DNA of 64,000 nt from the human T2T-CHM13v2.0 reference genome, Homo sapiens (GCF_009914755.1 NC_060934.1), one strand, 5' to 3'; positions 12,911 to 27,537 are shown, counted from the stretch's first letter. Notes: a model not told the origin generated them from the sequence alone. A program made the numbers and translations.

Positions 12911-13727
12911 CTAGGTCCATCTCCCTTGGTGTCAATATTGATAACATGACTAAAGCAGAGGAAAATGCTTAGCCCGATACTTTTGGCCTTGGCATGAGAC
13001 AAACAGCTCCAACTGTTTGCCAGAGGCACTTAATTCTAAAGTTTTAAATGCTTTCTGTTTCCGGCATGAATCAGTTGTTTGCTTTTAACATTGTAAACAA
13101 AGGGTTACTTTATAGTCTCTTACCAAAGCAGTATCGGGTGCTCATTTATTCTCGTGAGAGATTTTAAAATTTATTTTATTTGGTTTGGTGTTTTGCAGCA
13201 GTCAGCAGAAGAGGGGGATGTGCTTGGTTCACTGAAGTGGATAATGGCTAGAACTTTTTAGGAGGCTCTGCTCAAACAGGGGAGAAGAGCTCCCTGCTCT
13301 TTATCAAGAGTCTGGTGGGCATGGATAGCAATTCCAGCACTTTGTGGTTTTATAAACACATTTTAAATATTTATATTGAAGCACTTTCAAACTTACAGAA
13401 ACATTGCAAGAAAAGTATAAAAAACTCCCATATCCATGTATTCAGATTCCTCAGTTGTTAACATTTTACCCCAATTGTTCCATTGTCTTCCCTCTCTCTA
13501 TATACATCAACCCATTAGCATTAGTCTCTTTCTGAACTTTCGAGAATAAGTTGTGGACCTGATACCCCATACCTTTAAATACTTCACCACATCAAGGACA
13601 TTCTCCTACATAACAATCACAAACCTTCCAAATCCAGAAAAGATGCTGATACAACATGACCATCCAATTCACAGACCTCATTCAGAATTTGCCAACATTT
13701 CCCATCAATGAATTTCCGATCAGTGTT

Positions 13728-13850
13728 TCTTTTTTTCCTTCTTTCCTTCCTTCTTTCCTTCCTTCCTTCCTTGTTTCCTTCCTTCCTTCCTCCCTCCCTC
13801 CCTCCCTTCCTTTCTTCCTTCCCTCTCTCTTTCTCTTTTTCTTTCTTTTC
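13728..13850. repeat. (TTCC)n/(CCCT)n polypyrimidine microsatellite
   Basis: Directly visible TTCC/CCCT/CTTT runs. Confidence 0.95.
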
Positions 13851-14476
13851 ACATGGTTCCAATCCAGGATCATATGCTACTTTGATTGTCATGTTTATTT
13901 CCTTTCAATATGGAACAGTTTCTCAATCTTTCCTTATCTTTCTTGACCTTGACATTTTATGAAGAGTACAGATTTCTCGTTGTTTTTTTCCAGTGCTTCC
14001 AGTGCCTCGTGCTCAGGCTGTGCATTTTGATGGAACATCACAGAAATTAGGGCTCTTCTCAGTGCATCTCATCAGGACACGTGATACTGACCCTTCACAC
14101 CACTGGGATGTGATCCTTGAATGTCTGCTGGTCACGGTGTCTGCCAGACTTCTCTACCATAAACTCACCATTTCCCTCTTTGTGATTGACAAGTATTTGG
14201 TGGAGAGATATTCCAAGGCTACACCAATATCAGGGGCTGGGTAGAGGATCAATGAACATGATATTGGCAGAGCCTCTGAGTATCTCCCCACCAATTACTA
14301 TGCCTGTTAATGCCTTTATTTACAACCTCAGTGATTGTTGCCAAATGGTGATAATTGATTTCCACCATTCCGTCTGCATTTATTTGTTGATATTTCATGG
14401 CAAAGAAGAGCCATCTCTTCTGATTTACTTATCTACCTATCTACTTACCTATCTACCTATGCATGTCAGTATAGAC

Positions 14477-14703
14477 CAAGCTTGTCCAACCCACAGCTCA
14501 CTAGCTGCATGCGGCCCAGGATGGCTTTGGATGCGGCCCAACACAAATTTGTAAACTTTCTTAAAACATTATGAGATTTTTTTTTTTGCAATATATATTT
14601 TTTAGCTCATCAGCTATCATTAGTGTTAGTGTATTTTATGTGTGACCCAAGACAATTCTTCTTCCAATGTGGCCCAGAGAACCCAAAAGATTGGGCACCC
14701 CTG
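14477..14703 (-). mobile_element. MER30 (hAT-Charlie MITE)
   Basis: CAAGCTTGTCCAACC...AAAAGATTGGGCACCCCTG matches MER30; 8-bp TSD GTATAGAC/GTATAGAA (7/8). Confidence 0.92.
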
Positions 14704-15570
14704 GTATAGAAAATGAATTGTAACCCATGAATACCATTATTTATTTCGGTGCTCAGTTGTCACAGATTTGACTAATGAGCCCATTCAAGCTGCCTCCTGT
14801 GTCCTTTTGACAGGTCTACATCGTTCTTTGACATAAAGAATATCAAAGAACTTTCTGGAACAAGATGCTCCACCCTTGTCTTGTACTTTTCTTGCCTCAG
14901 CCCTGGAATCAGTCATTTCTCCAAGAAGCTCTGGTTCCTTTTAGTGGAGGGTGGTGTTTAGAAACCAAACACTGGATGCTCCCTCCTCCTGGAGTGCTAT
15001 TGTTTTCTAGGCCCTCTTGGCAGGCAGAGCTAGGAATTATATGTGTGTATATATGTGCACACACTCACTGTGTAGTATATATTTATATGTATGAATACAC
15101 ATAAACACATCTATCTATCTATCATCTATCGTCTATCTATCTGATCACAAGGTTACATTGACACTTTTAATTACAATCTTATCACTTCAGGATTCTTTCT
15201 ATTTTCCCCCTTTCCATATATGTCAATCCCTTCTCCAATGGTGAAAAACCTAGCTCCAATTAACCTCAATTTATTTATTCCTTCAGTCAGTCCCCCTAAT
15301 GTAACCCAGGTCTTGACGATGCCAACTGGCTCTGAGTCCCTGGCCCTGCCACTGCCATCCAGCTCACAGCCACTTCCAGGGCCCTGGCCCTGCACCACCT
15401 CTAAGGAAAAAAAAGAGAAAGGAAGAGGGAGAGGAGGAGGAAGAGCAGCTTGAAGCCTTGATCATTTTCTTTGGGGTCTTTCTGTCTTGTTTTCTTGTGT
15501 AGTTAACACAATCTGGAGCCACCATTGTTTGGGACCACACTTACTCCCAGGCTATGCAGAGAGGACATAC

Positions 15571-15883
15571 TTTTTTTTTTTTTTTTCTGTAAACAGAGTC
15601 TTGCTCTGTTGCCCAGGATGGAGTACAGTGGTAGGATCATGGCTCACTGCAGCCTTGACTTCCCAGGGTCAAGTGATCTTCCCACCTCAGCCTCTTAGGT
15701 AGCTGGGACTACAGGCACACGCCATGCCAGCTAATTAAAATTTTTATTTTTAATGTTTTTATTTTTTTTAGAGACTGGGTGTCTATATATTGTCCAGGCT
15801 GGTATTGAACTCCTGGGCTCAAGCAATTCTGCCTTGGCCTCCCAGAGTGCTGGGATTACAGGTGTGAGCCACCATGCCTTGCC
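15571..15883 (-). mobile_element. Alu SINE (AluJ-like)
   Basis: CATGGCTCACTGCAGCCTTGAC and CTGGGCTCAAGCAAT are AluJ diagnostics. Confidence 0.95.
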
Positions 15884-17029
15884 TGGATCTATTTTTATAC
15901 CAAAAGATTCCTGTCCCCTCCACTCTTCCAGGTCATTGGATGTGTGGGGGGGAGGGGCAGTCAAGGTATTGGTAGGTCAGCAATTGGCTTGATCCTTTCC
16001 ATCAAGGATTGGAGCTGAGGGTGGTAGAGACTCTGGGCCACGAAGTCAGGCTTGAGTGAATGGCACATAGTCTGGCCCGAGGCAGCCACTTCCGCCACGG
16101 CACACGGGAGGAGGGACCCCTTGCAGAGAGCACAGAGGCATGGCACACAGAATGCCGCCAGCTTTTGTGGGCCCTGAAGCTTGTACAACTTGTGGATCCT
16201 CTTTAAGAAAAACAATGTGAACATGAGTTACATGAGTCTGTGGCATGGCCTTTAGATGCCTCTTGCTCTTTCCATAACTGTTTTATGGAAATCCGTCCAA
16301 GTGGATTTCTACTACTTGACCAAGAAGCTAAGGCACCAACAACAAAGCAAAAGCCAGCTATTTTTTTCCTCTCTCAATTTTGAAGGCAAAGTCAGTTCAA
16401 CATTTTTGTCCCTGAAAAATGTTCCCCTTAACTGGACCACTGAATTGCCAGATAAGATTTGGGATTTTGCAGCAGTAAATAAAGAAAAATCAGAAGTTAT
16501 AGTTTTGGCATTGCCATCCCAGGGTTTTAGCCTGATTCACAAAGATGCCTTCTAAATCAAATGTCTGGGTATCCTTCAGGATTGCTGTTGATTCAACATT
16601 CCTGGGCATGCTTTACATCCAGTGCCAAAGAACTTCAGAGTTCATATCAGAAAAAGTTTGCAAATTCACTAGCTGCAACTTTTGGAAGTGAAAGTTAACC
16701 CCTTTTCTAGGAAGTAGTGGATGGCAGATGAGCAGAAGACTGCTAACTAGAGGGGCTGCTCAGGGTTAGGGGTCTTGCTAATAAGGGGCACTGTGCCCCT
16801 GGGAGTGCCACCTGCTCACCCCTCCCCACATCCTTGCCAACAGGACAGTGTAGCACAAAGGGTCCCTCCTGCCCACTCCCCTCTCATCCCTCCCTGTAAA
16901 TCCAAGAGTCGAAAGGGATTTGGAGGACCTTTTATGAAGGAGATTACAAAGTTATCATCACTGATGTCAGGAAGAAGAAAGACTACAGAGTACTGGATCA
17001 AGAGGACACTTTTTCATTATCTAGTCAAT

Positions 17030-17340
17030 TCCTGGCTCAAGTTCTAGCTCTGTACTCCTTAAGCAAGTTACTTACACTTTCCCAAACATTAGGTCCCTAT
17101 TCTGTAAAATGGAGGTAAAACTAACACCTAAAATCCTTGTGAATGGCAAAGTACAACAACAACTCCCCCACAGCCAACAGATCTGTCTGATGCACCAGGC
17201 TCTGTTCTGAGCACTTCGCTTACATTTTTTCATGTAGTTCTTACTACAGCCTTATGAGTTAGTTGCTATTTGTATCCCATTTTACAGATGAGGAAAATTA
17301 GGCACAGGGAAGTTAGGTGATTTGCCCAATGTCATTTAAC
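17030..17340. mobile_element. Two MIR fragments, + then - strand
   Basis: CTATTCTGTAAAATGG (+, ~17030-17130) and CCCATTTTACAGATGAGGAAAATTAGGCACAG (-, ~17165-17340). Confidence 0.75.
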
Positions 17341-17835
17341 TAATTAATTGTTATTTTTATTAGATCTGAAGAAACTGGACGACTGAAGCTCAAGTTCATG
17401 CCCTTCGTCTGATTAGAGGATCCTTTGCTCATTTCAGAGGGGAATTCGCAGCAGGTCCTTTTGCCACTACATGGGGAAAGCAGAGGGTGGGAGAATAGTT
17501 GGAGACTTACCGGGTGTGAGCCAAACTAGCCTGTGGTCCAGTAAGAGAGAAAGAAAACCTACTCCTCCTCCACGTCGGGTGAGAGCACCTGGCTGTGGAG
17601 AAGGCGTGAAGGGTTCTAAGATCCTGAAACTTTCTCCCCTGGTGGGAAGGGAGCAGCCCTTGTGTCTGTGGGCCCTGAGGGCCAGCATCAGTGGCACCGA
17701 CCTCGTACTGTAGTCATTACCTTGGCTGCCCCAGGTAGGGGGCCGTCAGGGACTCTTGCTGAGAGGGGCCAGGCACTGAGGGGCTGGCTGCCCAGACACA
17801 AGCAACCCACCCATCCCTTAAAAGTATACAGCTGA

Positions 17836-18212
<377 letters not shown>

Positions 18213-18409
18213 TTAGCTGGCTTTCTATTTAAGACCTACAAGCTTTGACTAATTTGGGGTTGGTGACTTTTCCCCCAAAGAAATTCTTATAAAGAGATAT
18301 TGCTTGGGGATTATGTAGGTTCCCAAAAGGATATTTGCCTAAGGACCCTCCCAACTCAGTCATACGGCCATTTAGTGGTGCAGCCAGAACAAAATGCTTC
18401 CTTGGATTT

Positions 18410-18600
18410 CAGAGCTTGGGCTGTGGCGTCATTTTGACATGGATCCAACCCCAGCTCCACTGACCCACTGAGGGAATCTGAGCAGACTACTCATCATCTC
18501 TACGCCTCCCTTTCCTCCTAGGGTTGTTTCAGGATTAAATGATATAATGCTTGTAAAGGCATAGCACGGGCCTGGCATAGTGCTGAAGGTGAACTATTCT
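18410..18600 (+). mobile_element. MIR SINE
   Basis: AGGGTTGTTTCAGGATTAAATGATATAATGCTTGTAAAGGCATAGCAC...CCTGGCATA. Confidence 0.7.
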
Positions 18601-18669
18601 TACAGTCTAGTGACCTTCCTGTGACTCAGGAATAGCACCGCCTAGCGAACTCACTTTTGGAGTAGCCTT

Positions 18670-19000
18670 TCTTTTTTCCAGCTTTGTTGTGATATAACAG
18701 ACATACAATAAACTACACACATTTAAGTGTACAATTTGATGAGTTTTGACATAGGTACACACCTGTGAAAATCATCACTATCAGAATAATGAACAGATCC
18801 ATCACCCCAAAAAGTTTCCTTTGCCCTTTTGCAATCCATCCCTCCCTTCTCCTTGTCCCCCAGCAAACACGGATCTGCTCTCTGTCACTATCGATTAGCT
18901 TGCATTTTCTAAACTTTTTATAAATGGAAGCATACCATATGATTCATTTTTTGTCGGGCTTCTTTTACTCAGCATGATTATTTTGAAATCCATCCATCTT
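18670..19000 (-). mobile_element. L1M (L1MB/MC-type) 3' end fragment
   Basis: ATTTAAGTGTACAATTTGATGAGTTTTGACA...CCATCACCCCAAAAAGTTTCC...CTTTTACTCAGCATGATT. Confidence 0.85.
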
Positions 19001-19307
19001 TGGATGAATCTCAACTTGGTTTCTGTTTTTTTTTTTTCTTTCTGCGCATGGTGGATAAAGTATTTCCAAATGAGAGATGCAGGCCAGTGGGGTGCTTCTC
19101 CAAAGTCCCGGCTGGGGTTTCTAGTGTATTATTGCAGCTGCCTGGGGGTTCTAACACTTGTCTTTTGAGCACTCTGATGCTCCCTGTGTCCCAGTATGTG
19201 CAAGTGTAGCTGGTTCAAAAGCCACAGGACTTACCAGGGTGCACACCAGACTCTTGGACGCAACTTTTTCACATTGCGTGTGCCTAGACTTCATCCCCAG
19301 GGCTTCA

Positions 19308-19841
<534 letters not shown>

Positions 19842-21320
19842 TTAACAACCACATGTGAAAATAAGTCTGCTCCCTGGGTTTATTTCAGTATTTAAGCACA
19901 CGTGACCAGAGGGCCACTGCGTGTTGTGTGCATCCGGAAATAAACAGGGTGGTACCATCACCTGCCTGCCCATGCAGTTCCAGAAAACCACACTCAAGAG
20001 GACACGGAAATCAATATTGAAAATGAGACACTCAAGTTACCACAAAGAGCTATTTTTGCTTATTCCAAATTGCTCTGTTTCTTTAAGCAGCTATTTGCAG
20101 TCAGCCTCTTCTCTGGCTATGTATAGGAATGGCTCAGGCAATCTAAAAAAGAAAGAGGAAAAAGAAAAGAAATCCGCAAATAGGTTCACACCCCAGGGAT
20201 AAATCTGGGGCATTTGCAAACGTGGTACAAGTCAGTTATTTTCCCAAATACCCAGCCTCTCCAAATTCTACCCACGGGTTGGGAACCATCAAGAAATAAA
20301 TACCCAGGTACATTAGCGGGTCACTTTCTAGTAAGTGCTCAGAATTTAAAAATAGAGATTTGAAAGGAAATGTCTCCTTTGCCTCTAGTAGGGGGCAGCT
20401 CTCTGCTCTGTCTTTTGCTCTGCTATTCTGAGACCACGTTCTGGTGGCAGGTGAGGGGAAGCTCAGGTCTATTTTTAAAACCTTCTGCTTCTCTGACTGT
20501 TGCCAGGGAGAACTTGGACAAAAGAGCAGTGCAGAGAAGGGAGGGAAGATCACCGTGAACACTGGTCCAGTGAGTCACTCAGCAATTGTGTGCTGGTTCT
20601 ACCACCCCCAAAGACATCGGATCTCCCCCCTCAGCTCTATCTCCTTTGCTGCCACCTTGTCTGGGTCACTGTTATTTTTCACCTTGGCCATGTGGACTTC
20701 CTGTTCTTACCCCTGGCTCTTCCAGTCTGTCCTCCACCCTGGAGCCAGAGAGAGCTTTTTAAAAGTGCAAATTGGACTGAATCACAGCTCGCATTAATAT
20801 AAATGCATAATAAAAAGTCTGGAAGCTGTTAATAGTGAGTGTCTCTGGGGCAGGGGCGAAGGGAGACTAGAATGTTTTTACTATGCCTGCTTCTGTGCGG
20901 TTTGAATTTTATACCAGCAGCTTGTATTTCTTTCATAATTTTAAAAGAATCTCAAACGTTTAATTTGGTCCCTGCACTCTAGGAGTTCTTAATCTTGCAT
21001 TTGAGTCCCCAAGACTAAAAAGTCTATGAATTATGCTTGTTCATTATGGCCTTAAGGAGCAGAAGCTGCCATCACCGAGTGGAAGTGATGAAAGTGAGTA
21101 TTAAGAAAGAGTGTGCTGATAAGCAGAGCTGCCTGAAGGTGGGCTGGTGAGCCAGCACAGGCAGTGTGCCAGGGCCAGGGCAGATGTCCCAGCTGAGGCT
21201 GGTGCCCTTTGCTGCAAAGTGGTCACTTGCCCTTGGGGTCCCTGCAGTTCTGTGACTCCATGGGATGCCCTGGCAGATACTTTTTTTAGCCTGACAGCTT
21301 TCTTTCATTTCTACCTCTAG

Positions 21321-21572
21321 TTTTTTTTTTTTTAATTGTTATTTTTATAGATTCGGGGACTACAAGTGTAGTTTCGTGATGTTGATATATTGAGTGGTGG
21401 TGGAGTCTGGGCTTGTAGTGTAACCATTACCTGAATAGTGTACACTGTACCTATTAGGTAATTTCTCATCCTTCATTCCCCTCCCACCATCCCACCCTTC
21501 CGAGTCCCCAGTGTCTTTCTACTAGGTCCATGTGTACACATTCCTTAGCCCACTTATAAGTGAGAACATGCA
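21321..21572 (-). mobile_element. L1PB/L1MA-type 3' end fragment
   Basis: Poly-T then TAGGTAATTTCTCATCC...TTAGCCCACTTATAAGTGAGAACATG. Confidence 0.85.
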
Positions 21573-21597
21573 GCCATCTGCAATTTCTTTTTTTTAA

Positions 21598-21935
<338 letters not shown>

Positions 21936-23358
21936 AGCCACCTGCAATTTCCATCAGACAAATACAGTCCTGCAAGTCATAACTTAATCTTGTAGTTTCC
22001 TGTGCCCTGAAGGTATGCACAGCAGTTCTTCTACAAGAAAAAAGAACACACAAGATCTATATGGAGTCAAATTGGATACTAGAGTTGGAAGGAGGAGACT
22101 CCAGGAACCTCCTTCCTGCCAGGGAGGAACCATCAGCACAAGCATTCCCAGCTAACCTTCCCCCTGCAGCTTCAACTATGGAAGCCACTTCACTTGTAAG
22201 TCAAGTCCCATGGGTGCCTGCCCGTGCCTGCCTCCCCCGCCTGCATTCTGGTCCCTCCACTCACTCCCTCGGGCACAGTGACGCCTCTGGATGCAGCTCA
22301 TTGTTTGGCTTCTGGAAGAGAAGTCATACACCTGTCCAAAGGGATGACATATCTTTCCAGCTGTCATTATTCTTATTGTGGAATAAATAGAGATATTAGT
22401 TTGATTGGACAAGCACTTTATGGAGTCTACCTTGTTCCCTGTAGTCTCTCAGACATTTACAAATCGGTTGAACCATGTTTTTATTTTCTCCACCACCTCA
22501 AGGCCATACCATTTCTCTTTTTAATATACAGACTATGCCTTGCACAGAGTAAGTGCCAATAAATATTTGTTGAATTGATTTTCCTGTTCAGAGATGTGGC
22601 AGAAAGACCCTCTTGTTTTGTGTGCATAATTCTTCTGTGTGGCAATTGTTGAAATCCTTTCTTATGGATACTGGTCATATCGGCCAGCACCAGGCCAAGT
22701 CTCAGGGTCTGAGCTGAATATTACCTGGGTCAACAACCAAAGGCGACCTAAAGCTGAGCACAGATTGTGGTGGGAGAAGGGAGACCATAGAGGGTAAAAG
22801 GAGAACAATTCCAGTCCCTCACAGACAGGGATGAATATATGCTGCAGGCAGGAGTCAAGGTAAGAGGCTGAGAGCCCATGAGATGAGGAGCGGGTGACGG
22901 AGTAGAGAGAAAAGAGGGATGATATGATGGGTTCAAGGTCAAGGTGGTGGCCAAGGGCGGCCAAGCCAGTCATCCTGGGTTTGCATCCTCGTTCATGCTA
23001 GATGCCACTTTAGACAACTCTCTTAACTCCATAGAACCACATCAGCTCCATCTCTATAAGACCAGGGGGCTCATAGTCACTGTGGGGATTTAACAAGGGA
23101 ACTAGTATTTGTGAAAACACTGTAAACTGGGAAATGTAAATGCAAATAGAAGGCAAATTTGCAACATTTGGAAACATCTCCTATCCTTAAATAATTTTTT
23201 GTAAGTCTTCCTCTGCTTTCTCATTCCTCTTGAAGGTTTATTCCCAGGAACCTGGGGTCTTCAAGCTTGATGGGACCTTGGGGTTCACTTGGTTCATCCC
23301 TGTCATGTCACAGACAAGGAAATAGGCTCAGAGGGCTAATGAAAGTCATCCAGGGCTA

Positions 23359-23689
<331 letters not shown>

Positions 23690-25299
23690 AAAGAACACAT
23701 CAAAGGCCATCCCCACCAATCACAGCTTCGCTGGCTTGGATCCCTAGTTTACATTTTTACTTTGCTTTTGACTCCCTGGTTTTCATTTTACTTCCACCCC
23801 ACATATCATTTTAAGGACAACTCATGCTGCTCACTATAGACCAATATGGTCTAACTATTGAGTGCATGGTGGGAATGCTCATTCAGTTGGCCCCAGGCCC
23901 TAATAATAATAATAATTACCACAGCTCAGAGCCTTGAATCTGCTACTGGGACCAGGCTACTTGGAAAAGATGACCTTCTGCAGGGTCCAGATCCAGCTGG
24001 TGAAGGTGGGAGGGAAGAAGATGAAAAGCCTCTGCTCCCCTCTGTCATGCCGCTTCATCTTACCTTCCCTTGCAAAGTTAAAGTCTGCTTCGAGTCTATT
24101 TGGTTCCTTGTAGAGAGCCTGCTTCCCACTATGCCTCTGTCTTACCTGGTGTCTTTGGCAGAGCCCCGAACCATCTCAGTGTCAAATCCCGGGGCTCCCC
24201 TATTTGGCCCTGGTCTAGGTAACTGAACAGTCCCTGCAAACACGAAGGATTGATGTATGTCCAATGCAGGTATGTCATGAAAAGGTTCCACAGCAGAGTG
24301 ACTAAGGAACCAATTAGGAGATGAATAAAACATGTCCTATGTAGGTTATTCAAGAAAAGACTAATAATGAGAAATCCGAAGAAAGATGGGTGCATTCATT
24401 TTGGGATCGTCCCTTCTTGAGCAAGTAGAAGGAAGGCCTGAGAGTCAGTCCTTCAAGGGCACAGCAGCCAGGGGAGGTGCTGAGTGATGGAGGCAGAAAC
24501 ATTTTTTGCCCCTCATTTAGCTGACTTCCAAACACTGCCTCTCCTCCTCCTCCGTGGTTGGGAGATTTCACATTTTGCTTGTCCCAAAGCCCCAGGACCC
24601 GCTGACCCAGCATGGTTGTTTCCTTCAGCTGTTGCTATGACCTGACCCCAAATCCTGGCTATTGACTGAGTGGCCACTTGACTTCGCCAGATGTCTCACT
24701 CTGCACTTCCTGATGTGGAAATCTACCCCCTATCCAGAGTAGGGCCTCTGGATGCTGGCCAGCCTCTTCCTGGCTCCCTGCATCAACGTCCTCCCTACAA
24801 AGGCTGAGATGCAAGATCTGTTTTCCAAACCACCAAAGTCATCACATAAATGTGTGAATGCATACATTTGCCAAAAAACCGGCAGATAATACTACTAATG
24901 ACTAAACCAGAGCTGGCTTGGGAAATGAGGGTAAGTCATCAGCAAACTCGTCAATGAGTGGCAGTGAGGCGCTGTAGAGAGCAGCTGGTGTCAGAGGCTA
25001 TGAGTTCCTGCACCCTCACTGGCTGCATTGCTACTAAAATAAGTCTCAGTTTCCTCATTTGCAAAGTGGGCTTAATAATCAGAATAATGCTTATCCTGTT
25101 TACTTTACAAGGTTCTTGCTAGGATCAGAGCCCTATGAACTTTTTTTTTTTAGAAAGCTATACTTGCATACAAGACTATTCGTTTCATAATTAGCAAAGT
25201 GCCTTGCTGAAAATAAGTGCTCACTAGGCATTAGAACTGTAGTCTGATTGTGAAAGAAAACATTATTATTTCATGGCATTTCCTACCTGACTTTCTTCT

Positions 25300-25450
25300 T
25301 TGTTTGCCCGTCTTCCCTGCCTCCCCCATTAGACTGTAAACCCTCTGAAATCAGGAACTCTGTCCATCTTGCTCAGAGCTATGTTCCTTGTGCCTTGAGG
25401 GGTACTGGAACAAAGAAAATATCATTAAGTGGTTTTTGAGGGGATGAATG
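25300..25450 (+). mobile_element. L2 3' fragment
   Basis: CCCATTAGACTGTAAACCCTCTGAAATCAGGAACTCTGTC. Confidence 0.65.
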
Positions 25451-25521
25451 GTGGCCTTATGGCTCAGAAGGAAGCAATGTAGGGAACAGTTAAAATGAGC
25501 TTAATTCTGGGGAATGCAAGC

Positions 25522-25806
<285 letters not shown>

Positions 25807-25941
25807 TGCAAGCTTTTTTAATGAGAATTTGCTGCTGGTGTAAAATGAAATATATCTTAGAAAGTAACCAGGTCCTCTTGGAGATCAAAATATGGAAGGA
25901 AACACCAAGTGTGAAGATCAGATAAGAGATCTGTGGATATT

Positions 25942-26223
25942 GCCAGGTGCAGTGGCTCACACCTGTAATCCCAACACTTTGGGAGGCTGAGGCGGGTGGA
26001 TCACGAGGTCAGGAGTTTGAGATCAGCCTGATCAACATGGTGAAACCCCATCTCTACTAAAAATACAAAAATTAGCTGTGCACCTGTAACCCAGCCACTC
26101 AGGAGGCTGAGGCAGGAAAACTGCTTGAACCCAGGAGGCAGAGGTTGTAGTGAGCCGAGATTGCACTAGTGCACTCCAGCCTGGGTGACAGAGTGAGACT
26201 CCACCTCAAAACAAACAAACAAA
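25942..26223 (+). mobile_element. Alu SINE
   Basis: Sense dimer; TSD AAGAGATCTGTGRATATT at 25924-25941 and 26224-26241. Confidence 0.96.
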
Positions 26224-26244
26224 AAGAGATCTGTGAATATTGAG

Positions 26245-26450
26245 TAGGACAAGATTTGTTCTGTCTTCTAAAAAGCTGACTCCATTTTTATTGCCCCAGA
26301 AAGTAGAACCAGGACCTACAGAGAGATGGCGTTTGTTTTGGTTAAAGACACTTGAGAATAGAATGGGCTGGCTCAGGAGGTGGTGAGTTTCTAGACAGAG
26401 GAGAAATTCAAGAAGAGGCTGGATGAATTTGTGGCACTAATGTTGTAGGT
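26245..26450 (+). mobile_element. L3/CR1 fragment
   Basis: AGAATGGGCTGGCTCAGGAGGTGGTGAGTTT...TTCAAGAAGAGGCTGGATGA. Confidence 0.65.
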
Positions 26451-26972
26451 AAACTGAGGAACTATGTTATTAAATGAGATATAATAGGGCCTCCATGGCC
26501 ACAATTTATTCTAATCTGCAGGGTTCCAGAGGCAAAGTCCAAAATAAGTTAATGAATTAACTAATTAATTAATTAAAGGGAAAGGGGGAGGAAAGGGAAG
26601 AGGGAAGGGAAAAGAGGAATGATCTGGGATCTCTGCCATTTCCCTTCCTTGAGAATTCTTTTCATCCTCAACTCACACCCCTTGATAAGGAACATCAGAC
26701 ACCACCCTCACCCATCTCAGAACAACTCATGACTTGCATCCTCCTTCTCCAGCCAGACTATACCTCTCACTGGTACACATGGCCTCGGCTCCCATCGCCC
26801 CGTCTTCAGCCAGGCATTCTCTCTTGGTGTAAGGAAGACCACTGTTTACTCCATGCTGAACTGACCCTGGAGGCTCTTTGTTCATGACCTCCACATACCA
26901 TGTGGAACAGGAACTGGCAGCCCCCTTTTACAGGCTGAATGTTTGTGTCCCTCAACACCCCCAAATTCACAT

Positions 26973-27537
26973 TGTTGGAAATAAGAGCTCAGAGTTGCAA
27001 AGAAAATGAGCACTCAAATAAAGGATATCTCAGCAAGGCAAACTTACTTCTGCAGAAGGGTGCTGCTCGTTCTTCTGGTCACTGCAAGAGCACACCGAAC
27101 AAAGGAGGGAAGGGGTTTTTATCCCTAATGCAGTCAGTCCCTACTACTGTGTCCGGTCTCCATTGGCTGGGGTCGCACCATACCATCTAAGCTGATCCCG
27201 ACTGGCTACTTCAAAATTGAGCAGGGGTGGGGGCTACAGTGGAGGGAAGAGCAGTTTCTGAACTAAGGGTGCCAAATAAGGAACAGATGTGGGTTGTTAC
27301 AGATTGGGAACAGATGTGGGTTACAGACTGGGAACGGATATGGGTTACAGATTGGGAATGGGTGTGGGTTACAGATTGGGAATGGGTGTGGGTTACAGAT
27401 TGGGAATGGACGTGGGTTACAGATTGGGAATGGCTGGAAGGTTGTTTACCATAACTGGGGGCAAGGAGGCAAGGAAGTTAGGCTTTGAAAATAGAGGACA
27501 AGCTGAACCTTTGAAGAGGAACTCACTGTTTCCAACA
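26973..27537 (-). mobile_element. ERV1 solo LTR, LTR10-like (HERVIP10 group)
   Basis: 565 bp with terminal inverted repeats TGTTGGAAA...TTTCCAACA and 4-bp TSD ACAT/ATAT; family assigned from memory of the LTR10 consensus. Confidence 0.75.
27280..27433. repeat. 24-bp tandem repeat (~6 copies) inside the LTR
   Basis: Unit GGGTTACAGATTGGGAATGGGTGT with variants. Confidence 0.95.

Larger units (their letters stand above)
13360..15310 (-). mobile_element. L1MC-type LINE 3' region, containing a microsatellite, a fold-back and MER30
   Basis: TTTCAAACTTACAGAAACATTGCAAG...GTTAACATTTTACC...TTTCTCCAAGAAGCTCTGGTTCCTTTTAGTGG are characteristic of the antisense L1MC 3' UTR. Confidence 0.8.

Noticed and set aside
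12475-13029. Longest ORF in the track (184 aa, minus strand)
   Set aside because: Overlaps a MIR, starts at a non-ATG codon, and has no recognisable domain; consistent with chance
13617-13962. K/E/R-rich and F/L/P/S-rich ORFs (also ~61959-62315)
   Set aside because: Translation of TTCC/CT low-complexity tracts
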